A stretch of 64,000 nucleotides of DNA from Escherichia phage AV128. The notes below the pieces were generated by a model. The model did no database searches. It was given only the letters and a program-made list of their open reading frames with translations, and was not told the origin of the DNA. Position 1 is the stretch's first letter, and every line of letters begins with the position of its first letter. A program made the position numbers and the translations under genes. This document shows, piece after piece, positions 1 to 7,613 of this stretch. The stretch lies in sequence record OR352958.1. The stretch is one strand, 5' to 3'.

Positions 1-33
1 TGGGTGCTTTCTTATTAAAATATTGAGGTTAAC

Positions 34-282
34 ATGAATAAAAATGAATCAGTAGCATTCTTGCAATGGCTGGAAGGCGTGGTGGAGTATCGCGCGACAA
101 GCGACCGTTTCATCTTTCAAGGCAAAAGCTTCAAGCGCAAAGGACAAGCCCAGAAAGCAGCGCGTAAGTACTGGAAGGAAGTTTATTCAGAATTTTTCTC
201 TCAAATGGGAATCATCGGTGCAACCGTATCCGGCGACCCTGCGCAGTTGGTATCGATTGATGAATCCAATCGTTACAATTAA
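34..282 (+). CDS. hypothetical early protein (82 aa)
   Basis: ATG at 34 with GAGG upstream; track ORF; no motif recognised. Confidence 0.5.
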   Translation: MNKNESVAFLQWLEGVVEYRATSDRFIFQGKSFKRKGQAQKAARKYWKEVYSEFFSQMGIIGATVSGDPAQLVSIDESNRYN

Positions 283-297
283 TAAACCGATTTGAAT

Positions 298-320
298 GCC
301 GCGCTATGCGGCTTTATTAT
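298..320 (+). terminator. intrinsic terminator
   Basis: GCCGC-loop-GCGGC hairpin followed by TTTATTAT just after stop of 34..282. Confidence 0.45.
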
Positions 321-355
321 AGTTATTGTTAATCACCCTCATGAAAGGTAATGAT

Positions 356-736
356 ATGTCAAATAAGAATGATTCTATTCACAACACATATACTAAAGGC
401 AGCGGAATGGCCTTTGGTGGAAGCATCAAAATTAACGTGCCATCTTGCGATTATGATGGATTGGAAGTCGGCAACCGCGACTTAACATGGGTTTTACGTC
501 GCCAATCCGATTTAGAAGAGAAGCTGGAAAATATTGAGCGTTCTCTTGAAAGTCTTCGCGACCAGCTTTTTGGTTGTCCTGAAGATGAGTCAAAACCTGA
601 ATCACATGCAGCCAATCGCGGTTTGATTGATAATATGCTTGCTATTACCGCTCGATCAATTGGTAAAACTGTGTCCATTGAATCATTGATCAGCCAGATT
701 GCGGATGGCTTTGGTGATGCCCATAAGAGTGAATAG
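356..736 (+). CDS. hypothetical early protein (~126 aa)
   Basis: track ORF 326..736 opens at TTG; in-frame ATG at 356 has AAGG about 7 nt upstream (ATG 341 also possible). Confidence 0.45.
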   Translation: MSNKNDSIHNTYTKGSGMAFGGSIKINVPSCDYDGLEVGNRDLTWVLRRQSDLEEKLENIERSLESLRDQLFGCPEDESKPESHAANRGLIDNMLAITARSIGKTVSIESLISQIADGFGDAHKSE

Positions 737-1384
737 TGGGTGTTGCTGATTTAACCGTGAATCGTGGGTCGCTGTGGCGGCCCTTTCTTTTGCCTGCCGC
801 GCAGGAGTGTACTGCAAATTTACTGTGGGCACAAAATAGTACGGTACTGTCTAGGACTTTTTCTTTGAAAAGTTAGTGGACCAAATGTGTCGTATTTTGA
901 TTAGTGTACTGCAAATTTCATCAAGTACCAAAACGCACCAAAAGACCCATGCCCTAAAAACCACACGAACGCAATAATCAATCGCCGTTACAGTTTCCAG
1001 CGTTACAATTAGAAAGCGAATGATTCGATGCATAATAATATGAAACATAATGATTCGAAAGCGAATGATTGCGTGTAGGATAATATCGGTGGGGATTATT
1101 ATATATGTCGGTAATTTCGCATGCGTACTATTTTCGGGCGAAGGGTCGGCATATTCCTCGTTTTAGTTCGGAACGAAGGGAAAGTTTTGCGCCTTTATAA
1201 AACAACGACTTACGCGACCCGCCTTAACGGTCCGATATAGGTGTCTATATAAAACAAGGACTTGCGCGATGTTCTCCATTTAACGTAATACCTGTTATGC
1301 GAACTAAGGAGCATCTCGAAGAAGATTATGCGACGACGAAGGGAAGGATAAAGGAGTTTTCGCGTAGGAGCGCACCGAGATAGG

Positions 1385-1413
1385 GACGAAGAAAAGCCGC
1401 GACTAAGCGCGGC
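1385..1413 (-). terminator. intrinsic terminator (minus-strand RNA)
   Basis: GCCGCG-loop-CGCGGC hairpin (1396-1413) followed on minus strand by CTTTTCTTCG; 20 nt downstream of stop of 1434..1724. Confidence 0.5.
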
Positions 1414-1433
1414 CTATTAGTAACGGAAGGGTA

Positions 1434-1724
1434 TTATAAGGAGACGATTTTAAAATAAGTCACTTCGCCGCCGAGTTGCGGTACAGCGATATATTCGCCG
1501 CCGATTTCGGTAATCGTATAGACGAAGCCGTTAATCGTTACGCGGCAGGATACGATGTCCTCGTCGCGATACTTGTAAAGGTCGAGGAAGTTGATCGGCT
1601 CATAAATAGACTCGATAGTTGCGTCGACGTTAGAGAGATAAACGCTCTCTAAGGTTTCGCCAAATACGTTAGAGTTTTCGGAAGTCTCGACGCGAGCGGA
1701 ACGGATAGCGGCTAAAGTAATCAT
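1434..1724 (-). CDS. small acidic protein, paralog A (96 aa)
   Basis: ATG with AGGAG upstream; protein shares segments with ORFs 2010..2312 and 2537..2821 (e.g. SVYLSNVDATIES vs EVYAANVDQTIEA). Confidence 0.55.
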   Translation of the reverse strand: MITLAAIRSARVETSENSNVFGETLESVYLSNVDATIESIYEPINFLDLYKYRDEDIVSCRVTINGFVYTITEIGGEYIAVPQLGGEVTYFKIVSL

Positions 1725-1748
1725 AATAATCTCCTAGTTGGTCGGGCG

Positions 1749-1769
1749 GGTAGCGACCTATTCGCTACC
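1749..1769 (-). promoter_or_regulatory. 5-prime leader stem-loop of paralog A transcript
   Basis: GGTAGCG-7nt-CGCTACC inverted repeat between promoter and RBS; same position in paralog C leader carries GTTAACG-7nt-CGTTAAC (compensatory changes). Confidence 0.4.
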
Positions 1770-1791
1770 TCATCCCCTCTCGATATAAAAC

Positions 1792-1820
1792 ATTATAGTC
1801 TTAGTGTACGAAGAAGTAAA
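1792..1820 (-). promoter_or_regulatory. sigma70-like promoter for paralog A
   Basis: on minus strand TTTACT-N17-TATAAT; 19-nt block CTTTACTTCTTCGTACACT conserved upstream of paralog B. Confidence 0.45.
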
Positions 1821-1839
1821 GCACTTTTCGTTATTTTTT

Positions 1840-1992
1840 CTATTTATTTAAAGCGCGTCTCCCAAGTTCGACGACCCAAGCGGCGGCATCTTCCGCCTTA
1901 TTAAATTCGTATAGATGCTTCTTATCTTCGAAGACGTAAAATAAAATACGTCCGAACTTATTAGCCTTCGCGCTTAACTCGATAGTTTTCAT
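1840..1992 (-). CDS. micro-ORF (50 aa), hypothetical
   Basis: ATG at 1992 with AGGAG 5 nt upstream; below the track's 60-aa cutoff; lies between paralog B and the paralog A promoter. Confidence 0.3.
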   Translation of the reverse strand: MKTIELSAKANKFGRILFYVFEDKKHLYEFNKAEDAAAWVVELGRRALNK

Positions 1993-2009
1993 CTTCTACT
2001 CCTTTTTCG

Positions 2010-2312
2010 TTATTTTGCGATAAAATATTTATAAGCCTTATCGCCTTCTACGTCGATATACTCGACGATAATTAACGCTTCGCCGCGCGGCGTAACCGTC
2101 TCGATAAGGGTAACGGCTTCGTCGTCGGTCTTCGCGAAGCGGATGGCACTACGTTCGGCGTACTTAATATCGTCGAAGGAAAGGCCGACGAAAGCGACCG
2201 CGCGGACCTTAATGATGGTGGATTCTAGTTCCGCGTTAACGGCGGCGATAAGAGAACGAACGGTTAAACGGTCTTCGTCGTAAGTAATGATAGAAGAGAT
2301 TAAAGTGGTCAT
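2010..2312 (-). CDS. small acidic protein, paralog B (100 aa)
   Basis: track ORF 2010..2369 trimmed to ATG at 2312, which has GGAG upstream; paralogous to 1434..1724 and 2537..2821. Confidence 0.55.
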   Translation of the reverse strand: MTTLISSIITYDEDRLTVRSLIAAVNAELESTIIKVRAVAFVGLSFDDIKYAERSAIRFAKTDDEAVTLIETVTPRGEALIIVEYIDVEGDKAYKYFIAK

Positions 2313-2368
2313 AATAAAACTCCCGATGCTAGTAGAAGGAAGGGCCATCGCCCGTCTCGATATAAACA

Positions 2369-2396
2369 AGTATACGCGAGTGTACGAAGAAGTAAA
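2369..2396 (-). promoter_or_regulatory. sigma70-like promoter for paralog B
   Basis: on minus strand TTTACT-N16-TATACT with the conserved CTTTACTTCTTCGTACACT block. Confidence 0.4.
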
Positions 2397-2440
2397 GAAA
2401 AAAGATAAAATAATTTATCTCATTTTTATCGAAAAAGTGC

Positions 2441-2468
2441 TTTACTTTTTTCTACACTATATTATAAT
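2441..2468 (+). promoter_or_regulatory. sigma70-like promoter for paralog C
   Basis: TTTACT-N16-TATAAT; divergent from the paralog B promoter. Confidence 0.45.
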
Positions 2469-2492
2469 GTACTCATATCGGGACGGGATGAG

Positions 2493-2513
2493 TTAACGAA
2501 TAGGTCGTTAACG
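2493..2513 (+). promoter_or_regulatory. 5-prime leader stem-loop of paralog C transcript
   Basis: GTTAACG-AATAGGT-CGTTAAC immediately upstream of CAACTAGGAG RBS. Confidence 0.4.
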
Positions 2514-2536
2514 CCTCTCCCAACTAGGAGTTTAAA

Positions 2537-2821
2537 ATGGCTATTCTTAACGTTTCTTCTATTCGTAACGCTATCGTCGAGAACTACGGCGTAAAACAAA
2601 TTTTATCCGAAGTCTACGCCGCGAACGTAGACCAAACTATCGAGGCGGGTGGGGTAACGGTCGCCGAGGCGTTTAAACTTTACGCGGCGTTACCGGAATC
2701 GGACCGCGAAGCCTTCGAAGTAAACGTTAACGGATATTTCTTCGAAGCGGTCGAAATCGGTAATATCTTACTCGTTATGGGCGAAGAAGAATTTGAGACC
2801 TTCTCCCTCGTCGAAGCGTAA
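2537..2821 (+). CDS. small acidic protein, paralog C (94 aa)
   Basis: ATG 2537 with AGGAG; about 18 Asp/Glu vs 4 Lys/Arg; paralog of A and B. Confidence 0.55.
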   Translation: MAILNVSSIRNAIVENYGVKQILSEVYAANVDQTIEAGGVTVAEAFKLYAALPESDREAFEVNVNGYFFEAVEIGNILLVMGEEEFETFSLVEA

Positions 2822-2901
2822 GAGAGGATTTTTAGAGCGTCGTGCGCGGCGCTTTAATAAAATTCTTTCGCGCCTAGCGCCCTAACAAATAGGAGTTTAT
2901 T

Positions 2902-3528
2902 ATGGTTAGCTTAAATCGCTTTTCTACTAGCGGCGACGTTATCGCAACTAAGACCGCCGACCTCGTTGCATTCTATAATGCAAATTCCGGCTCAAAACCG
3001 ATTAAGAAGTTTGCGGACCGCCGGACCGCCGAGACTCGCGTAATCGCGTTAATCGAGTCCTTAAACGCGCTCGATGAGCCGTCCAACGAGTCGCCCATCC
3101 CTGACGCGAAGCCGCGCGAGGAAGTGTCCAGCGATGTAAAAACGCATAAGGCGCGTGCGGTCGTTAAAAAGGCCGAGCCGACCCAGGAAGAACTCGATGC
3201 GATGAGCGATGAAGAGTATGAAGCCTTCGTTAAGAGCGGCTTAAACGATAGTGCAAATTGCGTAGTGCAAAATGGAACTCCTTCCCATCGCCGTTCGAAT
3301 AGCGAAGGTATTGCAAAAAGTTGGGATAACAAGGAAGTGGCGCAAAAGCGTCTCACCCGTAACGGCGTTATTGTCGAGGGTGTAGGAGAGTTCAAATCGG
3401 TCCGCGTAGCGTTTGCTGCGCTGGGCTTACCAGATAGCAAGCACATTCGCTTCCGCATGAAGCTTAAAGAAGCTGGACGCTTGAACTTCGAGTTCGGCAA
3501 CAAGTCCTACACCTTCCAGATCATCTAA
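2902..3528 (+). CDS. hypothetical early protein (208 aa)
   Basis: ATG with AGGAG upstream; contains two in-frame copies of the ATAGTGCAAAT motif (3248-3275). Confidence 0.5.
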   Translation: MVSLNRFSTSGDVIATKTADLVAFYNANSGSKPIKKFADRRTAETRVIALIESLNALDEPSNESPIPDAKPREEVSSDVKTHKARAVVKKAEPTQEELDAMSDEEYEAFVKSGLNDSANCVVQNGTPSHRRSNSEGIAKSWDNKEVAQKRLTRNGVIVEGVGEFKSVRVAFAALGLPDSKHIRFRMKLKEAGRLNFEFGNKSYTFQII

Positions 3529-3534
3529 TCGAAT

Positions 3535-3560
3535 GGCGGCCCTTCGGGGTCGCTTTTCAT
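3535..3560 (+). terminator. intrinsic terminator
   Basis: GGCGGCCC-TTCG-GGGTCGC hairpin then TTTTCAT after stop of 2902..3528. Confidence 0.5.
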
Positions 3561-3578
3561 AGTGCAAATTGGTGGCTT

Positions 3579-3842
3579 ATGAACACGCTTATTCTCATCG
3601 CTACGTTGTCCATCGGAAGTGGTCGCGCCTTATCCCTTTATGACCATAGTGCAAATTGCGCTTACCCAACGCGCGTTGCGGCGATAGTTAATAGTGCAAA
3701 TCGAATGCTATTTGAGACTTGTTGGCGGGTAGATAACGAGAAAGGGCGCATCGTCTTAGGTTATAGTGCAAATCTGCTGGTGGAGTCGTTCGATTGGACG
3801 GCGGAAGGTCGTAAATTGTTACGTAAAGTGACTAAAAGATGA
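3579..3842 (+). CDS. doubtful ORF (87 aa) lying over the motif array
   Basis: ATG with GGTGG upstream, but three motif copies fall in-frame (each read as Ser-Ala-Asn); may be non-coding. Confidence 0.2.
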   Translation: MNTLILIATLSIGSGRALSLYDHSANCAYPTRVAAIVNSANRMLFETCWRVDNEKGRIVLGYSANLLVESFDWTAEGRKLLRKVTKR

Positions 3843-3901
3843 CTTATAATAATACACTTTCTAACGCGTTTATGGTTGTAGCCTTCCCCGTCGTATTACC
3901 G

Positions 3902-3944
3902 ATGGCCCTAGAAGTTGAGAAAATGTGTTCTAGGGCCATTTTAT
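3902..3944 (+). terminator. intrinsic terminator / stem-loop
   Basis: perfect 12-bp inverted repeat ATGGCCCTAGAA...TTCTAGGGCCAT with 14-nt loop followed by TTTAT. Confidence 0.45.
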
Positions 3945-3956
3945 AGTGCAAATTGG

Positions 3957-4445
3957 CTAGTGGCGGGAGAATTGCTCACCCTCTTTGGCTGCCTCTCCAA
4001 AATCCTTGTAGAAATCGTCCATGGAACGGCCCATTTTACTATTGCCATTTTCATCAATCATCGTGATGCCGTAGATGATATTCAGTTCACGGATAGCATT
4101 AAGCTTGGCTGATGCCGCGACTTCTGGATCACGCACAAGCTTCACTAAATTGTGGATGGAACTCTTTACGCTCCACAATTCCTTCAATGGCATCTCTTCC
4201 ATACGCTTTTTGTAGCGCATCTTGTAGTACGGATTGCGCTGCGTGCAGAGGATTCGCTGGCCAGTGTAGTTATCGGTCGCAACCTCCATGCCAAATACTA
4301 GTGCAAAAGCTGCGCGCATGTCATGGCCCTGAATAACAAGGTCAATGAACTCATCGAATAAAGCCTGATTGTGCTCTGCAAATCGCGGGTCTTCAAAGTC
4401 CTCAGGCATCGCTACATAATCTTGACTCATAGTGCAAAATCCCAT
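3957..4445 (-). CDS. hypothetical protein (162 aa)
   Basis: track ORF; both candidate ATGs (4445, 4430) sit inside motif copies and lack a clear RBS. Confidence 0.4.
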   Translation of the reverse strand: MGFCTMSQDYVAMPEDFEDPRFAEHNQALFDEFIDLVIQGHDMRAAFALVFGMEVATDNYTGQRILCTQRNPYYKMRYKKRMEEMPLKELWSVKSSIHNLVKLVRDPEVAASAKLNAIRELNIIYGITMIDENGNSKMGRSMDDFYKDFGEAAKEGEQFSRH

Positions 4446-4656
4446 AGTGCAAATTAATAGTGTGAATTATACAATGATTGAACATTATATTCAAGTGCAG
4501 ATTGATGTTCAAATTGGCTGTAAACGTACACAAACCATAGTGCTGAATGAATATCGGACCGTGGTGCGTGGTGTACTGTTTGATACGTATAAAAGAAATC
4601 CATCCCTTTCGCCGCTTGTTATGCAAATCAATGACTTAGCCGCTGCTGGATGGTTG

Positions 4657-4945
4657 AAGCGTATCATGAAGTATCATCCGTATTGCCGCAAGTCTTTGTT
4701 TTTACTTATATCTTACGGATGATACGTATAAATATAAGTTTAGTATAAGTATGAGGATGTAGAAAAAAATTAATTTAAATTAATTCAAAATGGAGTTAAT
4801 TGTTTTTTTTCAAAGTTGTATAAAGTATAGCGGCGACGCGTATCATCCGTATCATCCGTAAGATGTACCACTGAACCCAGTCGCGGCGCACCATAGAAGT
4901 GTGTGGAGTGAACTACGGATAGGTCCAAATCTTACGTCATTATAC
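4657..4945. repeat. iteron/AT-rich palindromic element, copy A
   Basis: tandem 9-bp units GTATCATCC in direct and inverted orientation around an AT-rich core; 46-bp block nearly identical to 57322-57367. Confidence 0.6.
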
Positions 4946-4999
4946 GCTTAAATTCTATGCGTAAGGTTAGCCAGCTAACTATATCTCCTTTTTAATTTC

Positions 5000-5225
5000 A
5001 AGCGGCAATCCCATAGACGGCGCAGCCTACAGGCCCACACACCACGGTACACGCTCCAATTCCTAGTGATTCCCTCTACAATCCCACAGCACCACAGTAC
5101 AATATTCTTCCAAATACGCACACATATTCAAGACACACAAATCACGTCACAATCCTCGTTTCACACCATCCTCTAATAGATTTACACAAATCAATCGCTT
5201 TATCCGATAATAAAGCCTCACAAAC
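5000..5225 (+). other. CA-rich, G-poor strand-asymmetric tract
   Basis: runs such as cccacacaccac, acacatattcaagacacacaaatcac; dense ACA triplets; no ORF. Confidence 0.5.
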
Positions 5226-5230
5226 AACAG

Positions 5231-5256
5231 GCAAACAAAAAGGGCCAATCGGCCCT
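5231..5256 (-). terminator. intrinsic terminator ending the minus-strand early/middle operon
   Basis: AGGGCC-GATT-GGCCCT hairpin followed on minus strand by TTTTTGTTTG, just past stop of 5274..5726. Confidence 0.55.
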
Positions 5257-5273
5257 CTTAACATTAGTCAAAA

Positions 5274-5726
5274 TTAAAATATAAAATTCTTCACTCCTAG
5301 CCTTTTAAATTCTTTCCTTAACATTATATTAAACTTCTTCAATTTAGTTTTATTCATCCTTAGCGGATTGTAGGTGAACACCTTTTCTATTACTTCCTCG
5401 CTCATTTTTGAGCGCATATTAGTTGCGTAATAGTTCTTGAACGTATAAATAAGGTAATTTGCTTCAAGCTTAAGTTCAATTACTTCCTCCGATTCATCAA
5501 GCTCAAGCAATCCTCTTTGCGTAAGAATATCTCTTAATATATCCTGACATTTCTTGCAATCACCTTTGCCTAAAAGCGAGTCGATATAATCGCCGCTGAC
5601 GCGCTCATCACCGAAATATGTTGCGCGACCGCAAAGGCTTTGCACTTCTCCTTCGTCAAAGTAATGCGCACGATGGCCCCACTTCGGTATGGCCCAACCA
5701 GCGGCGATAAGCCGTTTGCCCATCAC
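5274..5726 (-). CDS. hypothetical early/middle protein (150 aa)
   Basis: track ORF, last gene of minus-strand operon. Confidence 0.5.
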   Translation of the reverse strand: MMGKRLIAAGWAIPKWGHRAHYFDEGEVQSLCGRATYFGDERVSGDYIDSLLGKGDCKKCQDILRDILTQRGLLELDESEEVIELKLEANYLIYTFKNYYATNMRSKMSEEVIEKVFTYNPLRMNKTKLKKFNIMLRKEFKRLGVKNFIF

Positions 5727-6148
5727 CCCTCCTTAACGACCCGATAAGCAATAATGTCACTGCCTTTGAGTGCTCCTATATGACCCCAGTGAAGATGGTC
5801 AGAAAGTCTCGACAGTACTTTATCACCTCCATTGCGCAGCTTGTATTCAACAATCTCGCCAGGCACCGGATTCTTTCCACCAAGCCACACGGTCCACGCA
5901 CCATCCTTCGGCGCACTTTCCTCTTCGATTCGCGTGGCAACAACGTCGTGCAACTGCTTAACGAGCGCCGACGCATCACGGACCTGTGAGCGTAATGCAA
6001 CCAACTCGCGTTGCGCTTCACTGTATTTCGCTTCCAGCGCGGCGTAGTCCTCATATGCAACAAAACGTCCTTTGTGACTTTCTGGAACAGGAGTGATGTC
6101 GAAATCTTCTGTCGCCACATCGTATGTCAGGTCGTAACGTTGTACCAT
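5723..6148 (-). CDS. hypothetical protein (141 aa)
   Basis: track ORF, start/stop overlap with neighbours. Confidence 0.5.
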   Translation of the reverse strand: MVQRYDLTYDVATEDFDITPVPESHKGRFVAYEDYAALEAKYSEAQRELVALRSQVRDASALVKQLHDVVATRIEEESAPKDGAWTVWLGGKNPVPGEIVEYKLRNGGDKVLSRLSDHLHWGHIGALKGSDIIAYRVVKEG

Positions 6149-6151
6149 GAT

Positions 6152-6544
6152 TTAATCCTGTTTGTATTGAATAGTTAATTTGACGTAAGCCTTTCCGATT
6201 ACTTTTGCGCGTTTATATTCGATTGCGCGAAGGAGTTCGAAACGCATCCAAGTGGTGCGACAAGGTTGACCGTCGACAATCTCATAGATGATGCCGTCGC
6301 TATCATCACTTGTCGGGAATGCATAAATGCTTCCAGAAGAATTGACCATTTTGACAACGGTGTATTCTTCGCCTGCCGTTTTCATAAGGTCAATTTGCAA
6401 GTCACGATGGGCCAGTTCAGCAGCGATGTCAGACTTGCTGTAAAGTCCTTCGTGAGTCATGGCATAGATGTGGCGCGTATAATAGCCGCCCTCGTCGAGT
6501 TGCTCGATGTCACGTTGCCCGACTGCGTATTGTTTATCGGTCAT
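6152..6544 (-). CDS. hypothetical protein (130 aa)
   Basis: track ORF in same-strand operon. Confidence 0.5.
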   Translation of the reverse strand: MTDKQYAVGQRDIEQLDEGGYYTRHIYAMTHEGLYSKSDIAAELAHRDLQIDLMKTAGEEYTVVKMVNSSGSIYAFPTSDDSDGIIYEIVDGQPCRTTWMRFELLRAIEYKRAKVIGKAYVKLTIQYKQD

Positions 6545-6948
6545 AATTTCACCTTCTCATAAACGGTTGCCACTGCACCTTCGCCTTTGTTGATGTGCAG
6601 TTTAATGATCACGTGCATAACGGCGCGTAAGGGGTTGTCATGCCAGCCGCTGCGCTTGAATGATGCGATGTCCATACTGTCCAACGCGACGTAAGCCGAG
6701 TAGTCACGGTTTGGTCTCTGGTTGCCGCAGTTGCGAACGACGCTGACATCATTGGCAAGCATCACGGGCCAAGCTGCTGTGATGTCGTTGCAATAGTCTC
6801 GCGGATAAGGGAAACGGCCTTGCGGGTCGACTAGCCCGTGCACATACTCGTTGATGATTGCATCGCTTAACTTGAACAGTGAGTCATCGCCGCCGTAAAG
6901 CTCGCCGCGCACCAGTTCTTCTAAACGTTCTTTATGTTGATTCATCAT
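6541..6948 (-). CDS. hypothetical protein (135 aa)
   Basis: track ORF, 4-nt overlap with neighbour. Confidence 0.5.
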   Translation of the reverse strand: MMNQHKERLEELVRGELYGGDDSLFKLSDAIINEYVHGLVDPQGRFPYPRDYCNDITAAWPVMLANDVSVVRNCGNQRPNRDYSAYVALDSMDIASFKRSGWHDNPLRAVMHVIIKLHINKGEGAVATVYEKVKL

Positions 6949-7275
6949 TTATTCCTTGACTGGATAAAATTTAGGATTGTTCTTGTAGAATGCCTTGAGC
7001 CACGCCTTTGCTTCGGCAATGCTGCTGAACTCTTCCTTGGAGAGTCCGGTGCGGTCCTCGCCTGCGACCTTGAAATGAATGCGCACCTTGAGCCGAAGGT
7101 TGGTTGCTCTCGCGTAGTGGCCTTCATAGCCGTGATGGTCGAGGCTTACGATGGCGGCAAGCAGCTCGCAATCTTCTTTATCGGGATTACCGTTGTAACA
7201 AGTCGGCCAGCCGCGACGTTGGAATGACCTGTATTGGCCTGTTGGCTCAGGGTCCACATACCATTTCAATTTCAT
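6949..7275 (-). CDS. hypothetical protein (108 aa)
   Basis: track ORF in operon. Confidence 0.5.
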   Translation of the reverse strand: MKLKWYVDPEPTGQYRSFQRRGWPTCYNGNPDKEDCELLAAIVSLDHHGYEGHYARATNLRLKVRIHFKVAGEDRTGLSKEEFSSIAEAKAWLKAFYKNNPKFYPVKE

Positions 7276-7613
7276 TTAACCTTCTCCAATTGGAATCTTG
7301 CTTCTGGAAAGCCTGCGACAAACATGTCACGGCCATCGACATCACGCTTCACGAACCAACGCATGCCGTTGACAACCGTGAAGACAATTTGCCTTCCATC
7401 AATAATAAGTCCTTTTGCCTCATAAAGCAAATAAGTCTGACCGACTTTGAAGCTTAACATATCCTTGCTTGTGCTGGTGCACTTGAGCCGCCATTGGGTG
7501 AGATTGGATTCGCTCGCCTCAATGTCAACAACCTTACCGCGCAGCGGCGATGTGCGCTGAAGCTCTTTCATTTGCTCGTCGAACGTGAGCTCACGGCCTT
7601 CTTGCTCTTCCAT
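7272..7613 (-). CDS. hypothetical protein (113 aa)
   Basis: track ORF in operon. Confidence 0.5.
   Translation of the reverse strand: MEEQEGRELTFDEQMKELQRTSPLRGKVVDIEASESNLTQWRLKCTSTSKDMLSFKVGQTYLLYEAKGLIIDGRQIVFTVVNGMRWFVKRDVDGRDMFVAGFPEARFQLEKVK

Larger units (their letters stand above)
3248..4548. repeat. array of at least 10 copies of the 11-13 nt motif ATAGTGCAAAT(T)
   Basis: copies near 3248, 3263, 3558, 3645, 3691, 3763, 3943, 4428, 4443, variant 4536; related GTACTGCAAATTT at 807 and 905. Confidence 0.6.

Noticed and set aside
851-1048. 65-aa minus-strand ORF in the early non-coding stretch
   Set aside because: No RBS, implausible hydrophobic/aromatic composition, overlaps motif copies.
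2973-3503. 176-aa minus-strand ORF inside 2902..3528
   Set aside because: Fully antisense to a longer ORF that has an RBS; no start context of its own.
3902-3944. Perfect palindrome as a restriction or recombination site
   Set aside because: The following U-tract and position after an ORF fit an intrinsic terminator better; a 12-bp stem with 14-nt loop is typical.
4432-4722. Track ORF (96 aa, +) running from the motif array into the iteron element
   Set aside because: No RBS; the sequence is made of motif and iteron repeats (the iteron translates as KRIMKYHPYCRK); more likely non-coding.
4657-4945. Possibility that the tandem repeats are a CRISPR array
   Set aside because: Units are 9 bp, directly abutting or inverted, with no spacers of regular length and no cas genes in the window.
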